A DNA stretch of 64,000 bases, from assembly GCA_018499965.2 (NCBI GenBank), contig JAHBAS020000017.1, positions 10,087-74,086 on the forward strand. Direction: 5' to 3'. The notes under the pieces are model-generated. The model was not told where the DNA came from, searched no databases, and saw nothing but the letters and a program-made list of their open reading frames with translations. A program made the position numbers and the translations under genes. Source of the stretch: Candidatus Uhrbacteria bacterium. GTDB taxonomy: Bacteria > Patescibacteriota > Patescibacteriia > 2-12-FULL-60-25. Shown here one piece after another: positions 1 to 10,500 of the stretch; position 1 is the first letter of the stretch; the number at the start of each line of letters is the position of its first letter.

Positions 1-92
1 GCATTCCACCCATAGCGGAGCGTACCCGAGCACGTCAAAAAACGTAACCATCCGATAGATCGCGTCGCAGATACGCTGATGTCGATCCTGTT

Positions 93-422
93 CTAACATG
101 TGGACTCTGCCCCATCGCTCATCACGGCATCCGACGAACGTTGCGCAAAACGCTCAATGGATAACGAGGCAAGCCCCTTCTTGCGCTGCACGGAAATGCC
201 ATCTTCCACGATGACTTCCCGTTCATTCATGGAAACGATCTGCGACCAGGCGATCACTGCCTGATCTTCGATCAGACCGGCGACCAAGCCCGTCTTCACG
301 CAAATCGCAGCCATCCTACCGTCGTCCGCGTCAAACTCGATATCAATGACCTTCCCGACGACAAGACCGCTCCTCGTCCGAACCGCGGCACCCATAAACC
401 GTTTTGCACGAATACGCGTCAT
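93..422 (-). CDS. PRC-barrel domain protein (109 aa)
   Basis: Intact ORF downstream of yidC on the same strand. The beta-rich core GLVVGKVIDIEFDADDGRMAAICVKTG...AVIAWSQIVSMNEREVIVED resembles YlmC/YmxH-type PRC barrels. Assigned from motif memory only. Confidence 0.55.
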   Translation of the reverse strand: MTRIRAKRFMGAAVRTRSGLVVGKVIDIEFDADDGRMAAICVKTGLVAGLIEDQAVIAWSQIVSMNEREVIVEDGISVQRKKGLASLSIERFAQRSSDAVMSDGAESTC

Positions 423-511
423 ACGACTCCAGCATAAGACGAGGGGGCGAGATTGTGAAGGTCCAAAAAGACGTCCACCGAAGCAGACGTCTTTCGTATC
501 ATCATCTCCTT

Positions 512-1312
512 TTATGCGACAGGTGGAGCTGGCGGCGTTGGCAATGACGGAGTCTCAACGGAGACCGCGCCCCCAACGGGCTTTCGCTTATATTCAAGCA
601 TATACCACTGCTGTAAAACCGTAAGCAAGCTCATCACCAACCAATATAACGTCAATGCTCCGGGAAGACTGAAACCGATGACGATCGTGACGATCGGCAT
701 CATATACATCATCTGCTTGTTCATCATGGCTGCCATGCTCTCATCCTGCGCCGCAGGCTTACCCTGAACATCCTTTGGAGGTTCTTTGGAAGCATTTCGC
801 GCGAACATCTGCTTGGACTGCCAAAACTGTACCGCACCTCCGATGATCGCCATTGGGATATTCGGCTTATCCAATGGAATGATGTGGAACAGCATCGGTA
901 CGATTTGACCAGGCTGCGCCACGAACGAGTACAAGAGATGAAAATCCTGCGTACCTGTAATGGATCGCAACACGTGAAAGAGCGCGATGAAAATCGGAAG
1001 CTGAATGAGAATCGGCAAACAGGAAGCGGCCGGATTCACCTTCTCTCTCTGATACAAGGCCATGAGCTCACGAGCCTGGCCCTCGCGATCGTCTTTGTAC
1101 GCCTTCTGGATTTCGGCAATGTGTGGCTGAATATCCTGCAACGCCTTTTGCTGCGCGATCTGCTTTTTCGCAAGCGGATAGAGCAAGAGTTTCACGATCA
1201 CCGTCAAAAGAATGATCGCGATACCGATATCCTTCCCAGGGATCACGTCATACAACCACAACAGCAAGTTGAGGATCGGACGGGTAAGGATCTGTGTAAA
1301 GAGTTCTCCCAT
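512..1312 (-). CDS. yidC: Membrane protein insertase YidC/Oxa1 family (short form, 266 aa)
   Basis: Has the N-terminal ILNLLLWLYD...IAIILLTVIVKLLLYPL segment, then KQIAQQKALQDIQPHIAEIQKAYKDD and ELMALYQREKVNPAASCLPILIQLPIFIALF, typical of the YidC core. Multiple TM segments. Starts 18 nt after the nusA stop. Confidence 0.9.
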   Translation of the reverse strand: MGELFTQILTRPILNLLLWLYDVIPGKDIGIAIILLTVIVKLLLYPLAKKQIAQQKALQDIQPHIAEIQKAYKDDREGQARELMALYQREKVNPAASCLPILIQLPIFIALFHVLRSITGTQDFHLLYSFVAQPGQIVPMLFHIIPLDKPNIPMAIIGGAVQFWQSKQMFARNASKEPPKDVQGKPAAQDESMAAMMNKQMMYMMPIVTIVIGFSLPGALTLYWLVMSLLTVLQQWYMLEYKRKPVGGAVSVETPSLPTPPAPPVA

Positions 1313-1330
1313 GTAGATAAGAATGACAAA

Positions 1331-2740
1331 TTAAGCGCGTGTTTCGTCTTTTTCCTCTGCAACCGGTTGTGCATCTGCCTCGTTGGCACGTTCCGCATGC
1401 TCGCCATGCTCATCAAGAACGCTCGGATCTGCTTCAACCGCAGCAGGAGCATCCGTTTTCGAAACCTCGGCCTGGGATTCGCTTTCAACCGCTTCTGGCG
1501 TTTCAGCAATATCTTCCGACACCGCCATCACGGTCCCGCCTTCTTCACGAATCGTAATCTTCCATCCGACCAACTTGGCGGCCAAACGAACGTTCTGTCC
1601 ACCCTTTCCGATCGCAAGAGACAACTGGTCACCAGCAACGGCCACGGATGCGAGATGTTGATCCTGATCAATTTCCACGTGCAACACCTTTGCCGGAGAA
1701 AGCGATGCAGCCACGTACTCCTCGATGCTCTCGGACCACAAAATGACATCTACCTTTTCTCCGCCGAGTTCGCGGATCACGGATTGGATACGCGTTCCAC
1801 GCTGACCGATACAAGAACCGATTGGGTCAATCGCATCGTCATTCGTCATCACCGACACCTTGGTGCGGCTACCCGGTTCACGAGCGATAGACTTGATCAT
1901 CACAATTCCGTTCGCGATTTCCGGAATTTCCTGTGCGAACAATGCCTGAACCAACTCTGGAGAAGAGCGGGACAAACGAATTTCCGGACCCTTTGGCGTC
2001 ATGGTCACCTCGCGGAGCAAAGCCTTTAAACGCGTACCAGGGTAATATCGTTCCTCGGCGATCTGATCTTCCGGCAAAAGGATACCCGTAGCACGACCGA
2101 GGTCGATCAAAACCATGCGACCCTCGCGACGTTGAACCGTCACGTTCATCAATTCGCCTTCGCGTCCCTTGAAGTCCTCGAAGATGACGCTGCGTTCCGC
2201 TTCACGGAGCTTTTGCATGATCACCTGCTTTGCGGTCTGCGCAGCCATGCGACCAAATGCTGCCGGGATCGAAAGCTCAACGCGAATCTCTTCTTCAAGA
2301 CGCGCATCCGGCTTGATGTCGCGCGCATCACGAAGCATGATCATGGTCTTCGGATTGAACTTTGGCTCATCATCCTCCGCTTCAACCGAAACCGAAGCCA
2401 TGCCAGGAATCGGCTCGCGCTTTACACCGCGCCAACGGTATTCGTTCGCGATCGCACGCACGGACTCCGCTTCATCCATCGGACGTGTTGTTTCTTCCGC
2501 GGTTTCCGTTGGGAGCTCCATGTCTTCCACGACGGTCTTCACGTCGAACACGCGAATGCCCTCCATGGCACCGTCATACTTTTCCGGGTCGAACTGCGCC
2601 TGGATGTTCTGATTCTTATTTCCGAAATCCTTTCGATATGCCGCAGCGAGCGCGGCTTCGATCGTTTCGATCACGGATTCGTACGAGATGTTTTTCTCGT
2701 CGCAAATCTGCTTGATTGCTTGGGAAATTTGGCTAGCCAT
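1331..2740 (-). CDS. nusA: Transcription termination/antitermination factor NusA with acidic C-terminal tail
   Basis: The S1/KH block pattern is recognisable (GELMNVTVQRREGRMVLIDLG, RSSPELVQALF, DPIGSCIGQRGTRIQSVIRELGGEKVDV, LSLAIGKGGQNVRLAAKLVGWKI). I moved the start to the internal Met (MASQISQAIKQICDEK) at 2740, because the 41 codons upstream in the ORF track do not look NusA-like. Confidence 0.9.
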   Translation of the reverse strand: MASQISQAIKQICDEKNISYESVIETIEAALAAAYRKDFGNKNQNIQAQFDPEKYDGAMEGIRVFDVKTVVEDMELPTETAEETTRPMDEAESVRAIANEYRWRGVKREPIPGMASVSVEAEDDEPKFNPKTMIMLRDARDIKPDARLEEEIRVELSIPAAFGRMAAQTAKQVIMQKLREAERSVIFEDFKGREGELMNVTVQRREGRMVLIDLGRATGILLPEDQIAEERYYPGTRLKALLREVTMTPKGPEIRLSRSSPELVQALFAQEIPEIANGIVMIKSIAREPGSRTKVSVMTNDDAIDPIGSCIGQRGTRIQSVIRELGGEKVDVILWSESIEEYVAASLSPAKVLHVEIDQDQHLASVAVAGDQLSLAIGKGGQNVRLAAKLVGWKITIREEGGTVMAVSEDIAETPEAVESESQAEVSKTDAPAAVEADPSVLDEHGEHAERANEADAQPVAEEKDETRA

Positions 2741-2900
2741 ACGTGAGAGTAGAGTGGTGAGGGTAGAGGGAAGCGACATGAAGATCAGCTTCCTAATAAA
2801 ACGACCCGTTCTTCCGGAACGAGTCAATGCAACCAGGATAGAGGAGCACATGAGAAATGTCAAGCGAAAGAGATCCTACGCCCTCCTTTCGTTATTCCGC

Positions 2901-2934
2901 AAAAAACCTCCGTGATAAACACGGAGGTTTTTTG
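2901..2934. terminator. Bidirectional rho-independent terminator
   Basis: The run is A6, CCTCCGTG, ATAAA, CACGGAGG, T6. That is a perfect 8-bp stem flanked by A and T runs, directly after the stop of the 492-aa gene (minus strand). Confidence 0.8.
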
Positions 2935-2956
2935 TTTCTAATGCTATACGAGGCCG

Positions 2957-4435
2957 TTATGCCGCCTTGCTCTTTCCTTTTGGTTTCTGCGAGGCTGTCG
3001 GCGAAACTTTAACGCCTGAAGCCTCTGATTCATCTTCGGTAGCATCCTCAAGCTCAGAAAGGTCGACATCTTCTCCTTCCTCAAGAAGCACGTTTACCTG
3101 ACGAAGCTCCTCCTTCAAGGCATGTGACTTTTCCAAAAGCGCTTTGCGCGTTGCTCGAATTTCCTTCGGACGATCTTCATCATCTTGCCATGCGTCAAGC
3201 TCCTTACCGAGGATGACGATATGACCCTCCTGTTCCTTTATGTCTTCCGTGATCTTTGCGCGCGTTTCCGGATCCATCTTCTTCATCATTTTCATCTCAC
3301 TCTGAAGCGTTTCGATCTTGGCATTTGCTGCCGCCATATCTTCACGAATACGACGACCGCGGACATCAAGCTTGGAAGGATCCAGCTCCGAATCAATCAT
3401 CGCAATCTCCGCTTCAAGCATTTTCTTCTTTCCTTCCAGTCGATCCTCTGTGGTCAATGCTCGCTCAACGTTAGCTTCTACAGGCGCCTTCGGTTCCTTA
3501 TAGAAAACGTTCGCGACGACCATGTCGGGCTTTACCTCTTCCGAGATATCACCATCTTCGTACGTCACGCTAATACCATCGTCTTCATCCATCACATCTT
3601 TCATGTTGCGGAAAGAAAACATGCGTTCCGCCTCTTCATACTGTTGACTCCAAAGCATTGTCTCTTCTTGAATCTGAGCCAAACGACGCTGAGCCATATC
3701 GCCAGACATCGCCTTGGTCGCTTCCACTTCTTCCGTTAAATGACGGAATCCTTCTGCAACGCCCTTAAAGGCAAAATCAACAGGAATCTCTTTGACATCT
3801 GAACGAAAACCGAGAAAGCCGCCTTCGGCATCGCGAGCGATGAACTGATCATACCCGCGAGCGCGAGCTTCCATGATCGTTTCCCCTTCCTTATGTGCGA
3901 CTTCCCGATAAGCTTTTGCCTTTTCTTGGAACGCGAGATCGCGACCCAATTCCCGATCAGCTGAAGCTAATTCCCGATCTAACGTTTCTTCCTGCATGGC
4001 TCGACGCGTAGCCTTTTCCTGACGAACGGCACTGATTCGTTCAGTGGAAGGCTTTTGGGACTTCACTTTTCTAACCACTACATCCCTCTTCATAACCGGC
4101 GCATCTTCCACCTCTTCAAGAATATCTTCATCGCCCAATTCCATCACCGGCTTGCGTTTTTCCTTTTTCGCATCCGCAGCCTGAAGTCTTGCGAATTCCG
4201 TCTCCAACCTCACGGGTCGCAATTCATCGTCCACGTCCTCTAGGTCATTATCTGAAAGCTCTACCTCCAATTCGCTGGATAAATCCTCAAGCTCTTCAGG
4301 AGCTTTCCGCTTCCCTTTTGGAATGAGATCGTCTAACGACGTATCGGTTTTCACGAGCTTAAGGCCGTGACGCTTCGGGCGCGGTGGCGGCTCAGAAGCG
4401 GCAGGTACTGGCATGTTTTCAGCGAATGATTTCAT
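2957..4435 (-). CDS. Hyper-charged (E/K/D/R-rich) coiled-coil protein, 492 aa, no recognised family
   Basis: Long intact ORF starting 73 nt downstream of the giant gene on the same strand. Composition is dominated by Glu/Lys/Asp/Arg with heptad-like stretches (LEGKKKMLEAEIAMIDSEL, IETLQSEMKMMKKMD). No TM segment seen. Confidence 0.65.
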   Translation of the reverse strand: MKSFAENMPVPAASEPPPRPKRHGLKLVKTDTSLDDLIPKGKRKAPEELEDLSSELEVELSDNDLEDVDDELRPVRLETEFARLQAADAKKEKRKPVMELGDEDILEEVEDAPVMKRDVVVRKVKSQKPSTERISAVRQEKATRRAMQEETLDRELASADRELGRDLAFQEKAKAYREVAHKEGETIMEARARGYDQFIARDAEGGFLGFRSDVKEIPVDFAFKGVAEGFRHLTEEVEATKAMSGDMAQRRLAQIQEETMLWSQQYEEAERMFSFRNMKDVMDEDDGISVTYEDGDISEEVKPDMVVANVFYKEPKAPVEANVERALTTEDRLEGKKKMLEAEIAMIDSELDPSKLDVRGRRIREDMAAANAKIETLQSEMKMMKKMDPETRAKITEDIKEQEGHIVILGKELDAWQDDEDRPKEIRATRKALLEKSHALKEELRQVNVLLEEGEDVDLSELEDATEDESEASGVKVSPTASQKPKGKSKAA

Positions 4436-4508
4436 AGCATGGGATCATTGATGATTATCGGTGATGGTAACACATTTTTTGTTATTTGTCCAGTTTCATT
4501 GACATTTT

Positions 4509-7500
4509 CTATATCCCCTCTCCCTGACGGATCTGCAAGGATCCAGGGAACACGATCCATGGACGACGCGTATTCTCGCTGCCAAAGCTATCCGTTCCAC
4601 GGTCCGGAGCGCATTCGTTCGGACCGATATACGAAATCGTATTCGTATTCGAACTCATAAGGCTGACATTGCTCTTAATGAGTGAAGCGTCGAAACAGCC
4701 GCCGTTCGGATGACGGATTGCTGAACCAGAAACATCCATTGGCTTTTGCGTTCGCGAATCGACCGTGGCTCGACACTCGCCAGAACACCAACCCCAGTTA
4801 TCAACCAAGAGGATGCGAGGCGTAAATCGACAAGACTGCGTTGAGTTGTCGAAACATCCGGATGACTGAGCGGTATTCGTGATACATGCATCGCCGGGCG
4901 CACAACCACTCGCATCGCTACACGTTCGATTCGGATCGCGCGAGCAACGGCCTCCGGCGCTACACGTCGTAAGTCCACTTCCCGTAAGACAGCTGAAAGC
5001 GTGACGGAATTCGAAGTACTGCTCTTCACACGCATTTCCATCGCTCCCGAACGCCACCCGCGACTCGCAGAATCCTTGTTCGCCACCGATATTGCACTGA
5101 CTATCATTCCAGCATCGTGTATTGGCGCTATTCGAACAGTTTCCCATGGTCACGCATTGACCGCCGCCTGGAGGACAATCCGCATCCGTCTGACAAGTTA
5201 ATCCAGACGTTTCCGTACATTCCTTTGCGGTCTGACAGTATGGCTTTCGATTCTTCAAGTAGGCGTCTGGCAATTCACTACGCGTGCCATCACCCCAATC
5301 AACGATCACGCGACGAAGCGGCATCTGCTCATGCGCGGCCCAGCCGTAGAATCGAATCGTCGCCACATGACTACCGGATCCGCCATTCACCACACCTTCC
5401 GCAACGCCATTGACGCTGAACGTATCAAGCGAAGCGATGCGACATTGCGAACCCTGACACGTGCGAGGATCTGGAGCACCCGTATGCGGAGGCGTTGGAT
5501 TGTAGTAATCCACGTAAGAATAGCTCCCATCAATCGGGCTCATCTCACTTTCTGGCGCGCCCGGACGCAAGTAACGCGGCGAGGAAAGACCTGGCGTCAC
5601 ATCCGTTGGTAGCGGTCGATCGTCGCGAATGCTATTCGACGCATCCGTAAGCGCGTACCCGAACAATCCACAATATTCATCATTTGGATCTTTGCAGAAC
5701 TGCGGACGCGGCCAGTACCCCGCAGGATGCGTACAGATATTGGAGTCCTTTGCCGGATCCGATTCACGAGCCGGACGATTCGCCGCGGTGTCGCTTCCCG
5801 TCGGCCAACACGCGTTTGCATCGCCGCTCGATGGACCCCCGTAGATACCGCCAACCGCATCCGGGTTGTTTCCGTTGGTTACTGGATTGCACCAAGAACC
5901 CGCCTCATCCTGAAGATCATCGAAGTCCGCACGAGAAAGATCCGCCGGTCGGCAATCCACATCCTCAGCGCATGCCTCGCCATCACGCCCACCACCTCGG
6001 CACAAACCGAGAATCGGACGATTCTGGGAAGCGGAAGCTCCTTCTCGATACATCAACGGCAATGATTCACACGCACCGTAATGCGCCCAAATATTCGGAC
6101 TGTCTCCGTCATAATCACCCGTCTGCGTCACGCTCACGTATGGAGCATTATCGTTTAATTCGCTATCCGGATTGTCATTTGGATTATTTACACGCGCCCA
6201 CTGCAAAGGCTCGCGCGCATCGGAACCGGCGTAATTACTATTCAAGTTATCGCTAACAAGTCCATCGGGGGTATACCACCAAATATGCGGATTAAAGCCC
6301 GGATAGAGTGCGAGCAACGGCGTATCATCCCATCGGGCATACGTCAGGATGGCATTATCACCAATGGCCGAAGTTATCGAATTGATACGCGTCGCGTAGA
6401 AACAAATGCCATCGTCGTCATCGCAAGAATCGATCAATGCTCCTCCGCCCATATCATATCCCATTGGAAGAGCTGGCCAGAACGCCTCTGCGTACGCCGA
6501 ATTATTCGGACGAATAACTGTGCCGTCTGTCAGCGTCTGTGAACGTGTAAACCAGGTCATGTCATCATTCAACGTTCCTCCGCGTTCAAAAACGTAGAAG
6601 AAATTTTCGCCATGAGGAATGTAGTCCGAGTTCCTACCGTTCGTATCTTGATTCAACTTCCCTACGTGCTGACCAAGGCCGGAATCCTCATATCCCGTTC
6701 GCGTCCAATAGAAGAAATTATTCGCCGCACCAGATGGCCAGTAGTTACGCGCCATGAAATGACAATCGCTATCTTGCGTACACTGTGCCCATGGATGACC
6801 TTCACAGCGATTGTCATTACAGGTACCGGTAAGAATCTCCGTTGGACACTCCGAACTACTACGACTCTCGCGCGTACAGTAGCTCGCGAACGTTCGACGT
6901 CCATCAATCGTTTCTTTCACGTCCTGAGGATCGCGCACACTGCCTTGGCATCGGAATGCACCGTTTTGGATCGCCACGGATCGGCTACATCCCGTCTGAT
7001 ACGTGCTTGCGGTTGGAACGCATTCGGTTGGACACTGAGCTCCTTCACATCGGAAACGTCCGCTATCCATTTGCGTCCATCGAACGTCGATTTCCTGTTT
7101 CAACGCACCAGTGGTCGTGCCATCAACCGTATCTGCAGCACTTCCTGAAACAGGATGATATCCGGCAAAAAGCTGACACTGACCGTAGCTTGGCGTCAAA
7201 ACGCCATTCCGATCCTCCATCGGCGCCTTATGACAAATATCCGGATCTGACGAACAATCCAAACCTCGGTTCACGCCGCTGAATGCATTACAGACATGCT
7301 GCTGGAAAATATCCGAACCATTCAATCCACCACGAAGACATTTGCCTTGAAGACCGCAATACTGACGGGAAAGCTCTTCGCCGTTCGTCATGTTCGCAAC
7401 CGGAGGACACCACTGTCCGAACTGCGGACTGCGCGGATCCGTACAAGCGTAGTCACTACGTGAAACGCCGCGTGCGTAATATCCGTAGATGCGATAGATC

Positions 7501-10500
7501 TTCGCGAAGACATTGCTCAACATTCCCCACTTGCTCGTTGGATACTGCGCAGCCGTGAAATACGTCTGCCCAGGAGATGTGAATGTTGGCGGATTCGTTG
7601 GATTCACATCCTTCTGCGCCACGCCCGTCATGAAGAGCGGTTGAATACCCGCATCCCCGGTAGCCAAACTGGCGCCGAACGGGATGTTCATCGAGTTCCA
7701 GCTGAATCCGTTCTTCATGCTATATCCGCTATTCGCATTGTTACGATCCGTAAACGCAACCGTCTCATGACTATCCTTGCTCGTCGTTTCCAAAAGCTCG
7801 CGACAGACATCAGCCGAATTCATGTTCATCTTCATGTAGATATACCGCGTCTGATCGCCAGGGGCACAAGCCGTCACCCACAAGCCTACAAATTGGAATG
7901 GACCCACAAGTCGATCAGCAGTCACCTCTTCCGGAGAAAGATCGTTTTCGCTCGGACTCGTATCTTCGAACACCGCACGGATAGAGAACCACGGATGTGC
8001 GGATTCGCACTTTCCGTACAACGGTCGACGCGAGAGATGATCCAATCCATTACGGCCGATATCCGGCGTAAAGGCCTGGAATTTCTGTTGGCCAGCCGCG
8101 CGGTAGTTCAACTCCCAGGTCTTGATGAAACATGTTCCATCTTCACTGCGATTATCAGGCGAGCCCGAACCCCCTCGAATAACGCAATCGACTTTGACCG
8201 GCAAACCGCCCGGAGAGCCGTCTTCGGTCACCACTTTTGCCGTACTTCGATTTAATAATCCACCGCCTTCTTGCAAGAACTTCTGGAAGGTCGCATGCCA
8301 CTGATCATCCGTTCCGCCCCACTTGTCCTTTTCATCATCGTAATCATCCACATGGACGTCTGCCCAGGCCTCACTGTATCCGCATCCGATCTTCCCCTTC
8401 GGAACCGAAAACGTGAAGTTAGCAACAGAATCTTCTAAAGAGTAATCCATGACCGTTTCCCAATCCTGCGGAGGACTCCCGAGCGCCGCGTAGGCGATAT
8501 GCGACGGATTGAACAGGATCGCGTATTCAGCATACGAGCGACCAGACCCCTGACCCGTGGTCACGAGACGCATCGCATCCTGGTTCACCACGAAAGCCTG
8601 GTCTTCATCGTCAATCGCTTCACAACGACCACCTTCTTGCGTTCCATCTGCTCGATGTCCATCCAGGGAAGCACCACCTTCATTTCCGGTACATCCACCC
8701 CAGAAAAGGAAGTTCGTACAGCTTCCATCAGACGTAAACCAATCCGCATAGAACAATGCCTTGATGCGACCAGCGTAATTTCCTTCGCTATTCGGCCAAG
8801 GACCGATCGCGTGTTTGCAGTCATTATCCTCTCCTCCATTACACGCTCCGCCGACATCAATCGCATTACCATTCAAAGCCAAATTCGTTAGATCGTTCGT
8901 TGCCATCGCTGCGAGATACTGCGGGAACACTGCCGCTAGAGCAACCGACTCCCAATCGAATCCTTCATCTGGGATATCTTTCGGCCAAGCGGCTTCCGAA
9001 TTGAACGGCTGCTCACGAGGAGCTCTGACCGGACTGGAACAATAATATCGACCGGATGACTGCGGAGCCTGGAATCCAGCGGTTGGACTCCAGTGATATT
9101 GATCTCCAGGACCAGCGAGCACCGGGGTCGGATTCCATACAAGGCACTCGCTTCGCGTCGAATCCCCGGCAACTGGACGCGAGGCATCGTATTCCAAGCA
9201 CTGACCCGTCACGCCACGCACGAGCTGAACATCCGAAATCGGCATGCACGTTCCACCTTCTCCGCAACGATTGTCCGCATTGCGCTGCGCATTGATCCCA
9301 CCGCCGCTCGAAACCGTCTGCGTACCTGGCGTTTCCCCATCCGCAGAAGGCGTTGTCACGGATACGTTCACCGCTTGGCTACCCTGAATGCCTGAACTTG
9401 GCACGCACGGCAATCCGTCACGAGGTCCACCCTGACATACGGCGTTGACCACGTTCGTGCTAAGCGGCTCATAGAATTTCGATCGACCGCCGCCGTACTT
9501 CACACGCTTATACACGCAAGAACAATCCTCACCGTACTCGCAGAAATTTGCATTCCCGTATCCCGACACCGAACGGGACGGCTCCGGCGGATTCGTAGAA
9601 TCATCCCATTCAAGAACGAAATCATTACTGAATGGGGAATCCGGCTGTGGAGCAGCCTTACACTGCGTATTCGGGAAACTTCGGGAAAGGATTTGATCGA
9701 TATTTGGATTTTCCGTCTGCCCAAAACGACCGATCAAACTTGGACCGTTCAAATTATCCGCAACGAGCGAAGCTCCAGAAACGCCAACCTGCGCCGGCGG
9801 ACTCTGATCGAGCGGCAACCAGCAGTACGATCCATTCGCATCCAGCGTACCGGCGGCATTCGTACGAACGCCGTAGGAATTCGTTTGCGGGAATACACAC
9901 GCGTACGATGCCATGCTCGTTCCCGAAAACGCCCTACCTTCATCTGTCGTTGGCACGCGAGCGCCGTTAGAACTTATCGGCACAGAAACCGCCAAACGAT
10001 AATCCTTCTTAAACTTGGCGGCGATCGCAGGATCCGGCGAAAGCATGGCCGCAATCGGCTTCAAGGTCGCATCCATGACCTGGAAGTGGTTCGGGATCGT
10101 GAACCCGCTATAATCGACTGCGCCAAATCCAACCGCACGAGAAGCGTATGTAGCAGCATCAACGACTCGATACTTCTTCAAGATCGTAATCAGAGAATTC
10201 GAAGTACGATTCACATACCCAGTACAGAACGGAATCCCCTCCCCTTGGTCCGTTGCCTTCGCGTCATTACATAAGGCGAGTTCTGAACAGATGCTCTTAT
10301 ACTGACCCGTTTGCTGATCGTAAACCGTTTCCCCGGTCTTACAGGCCAACCACTGGGAACATGAACGATCCGGTTTTACTTTGAGGATGATATTCGAATT
10401 GTTCCCGTTCTCGACTCCGGCACAATTTGCACGAGCAGCATCCGTATCTATGCCATGTTCAAGCTGAGTGGTGACGCATGCGTTAAAAGAAGCGCTGGTA

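Noticed and set aside
1-51. A possible 5' end of a minus-strand gene (MVTFFDVLGYAPLWVEC...) running off the left edge.
   Set aside because: Only 17 codons are visible, there is no recognisable motif and the start is uncertain. There is too little sequence to call it.
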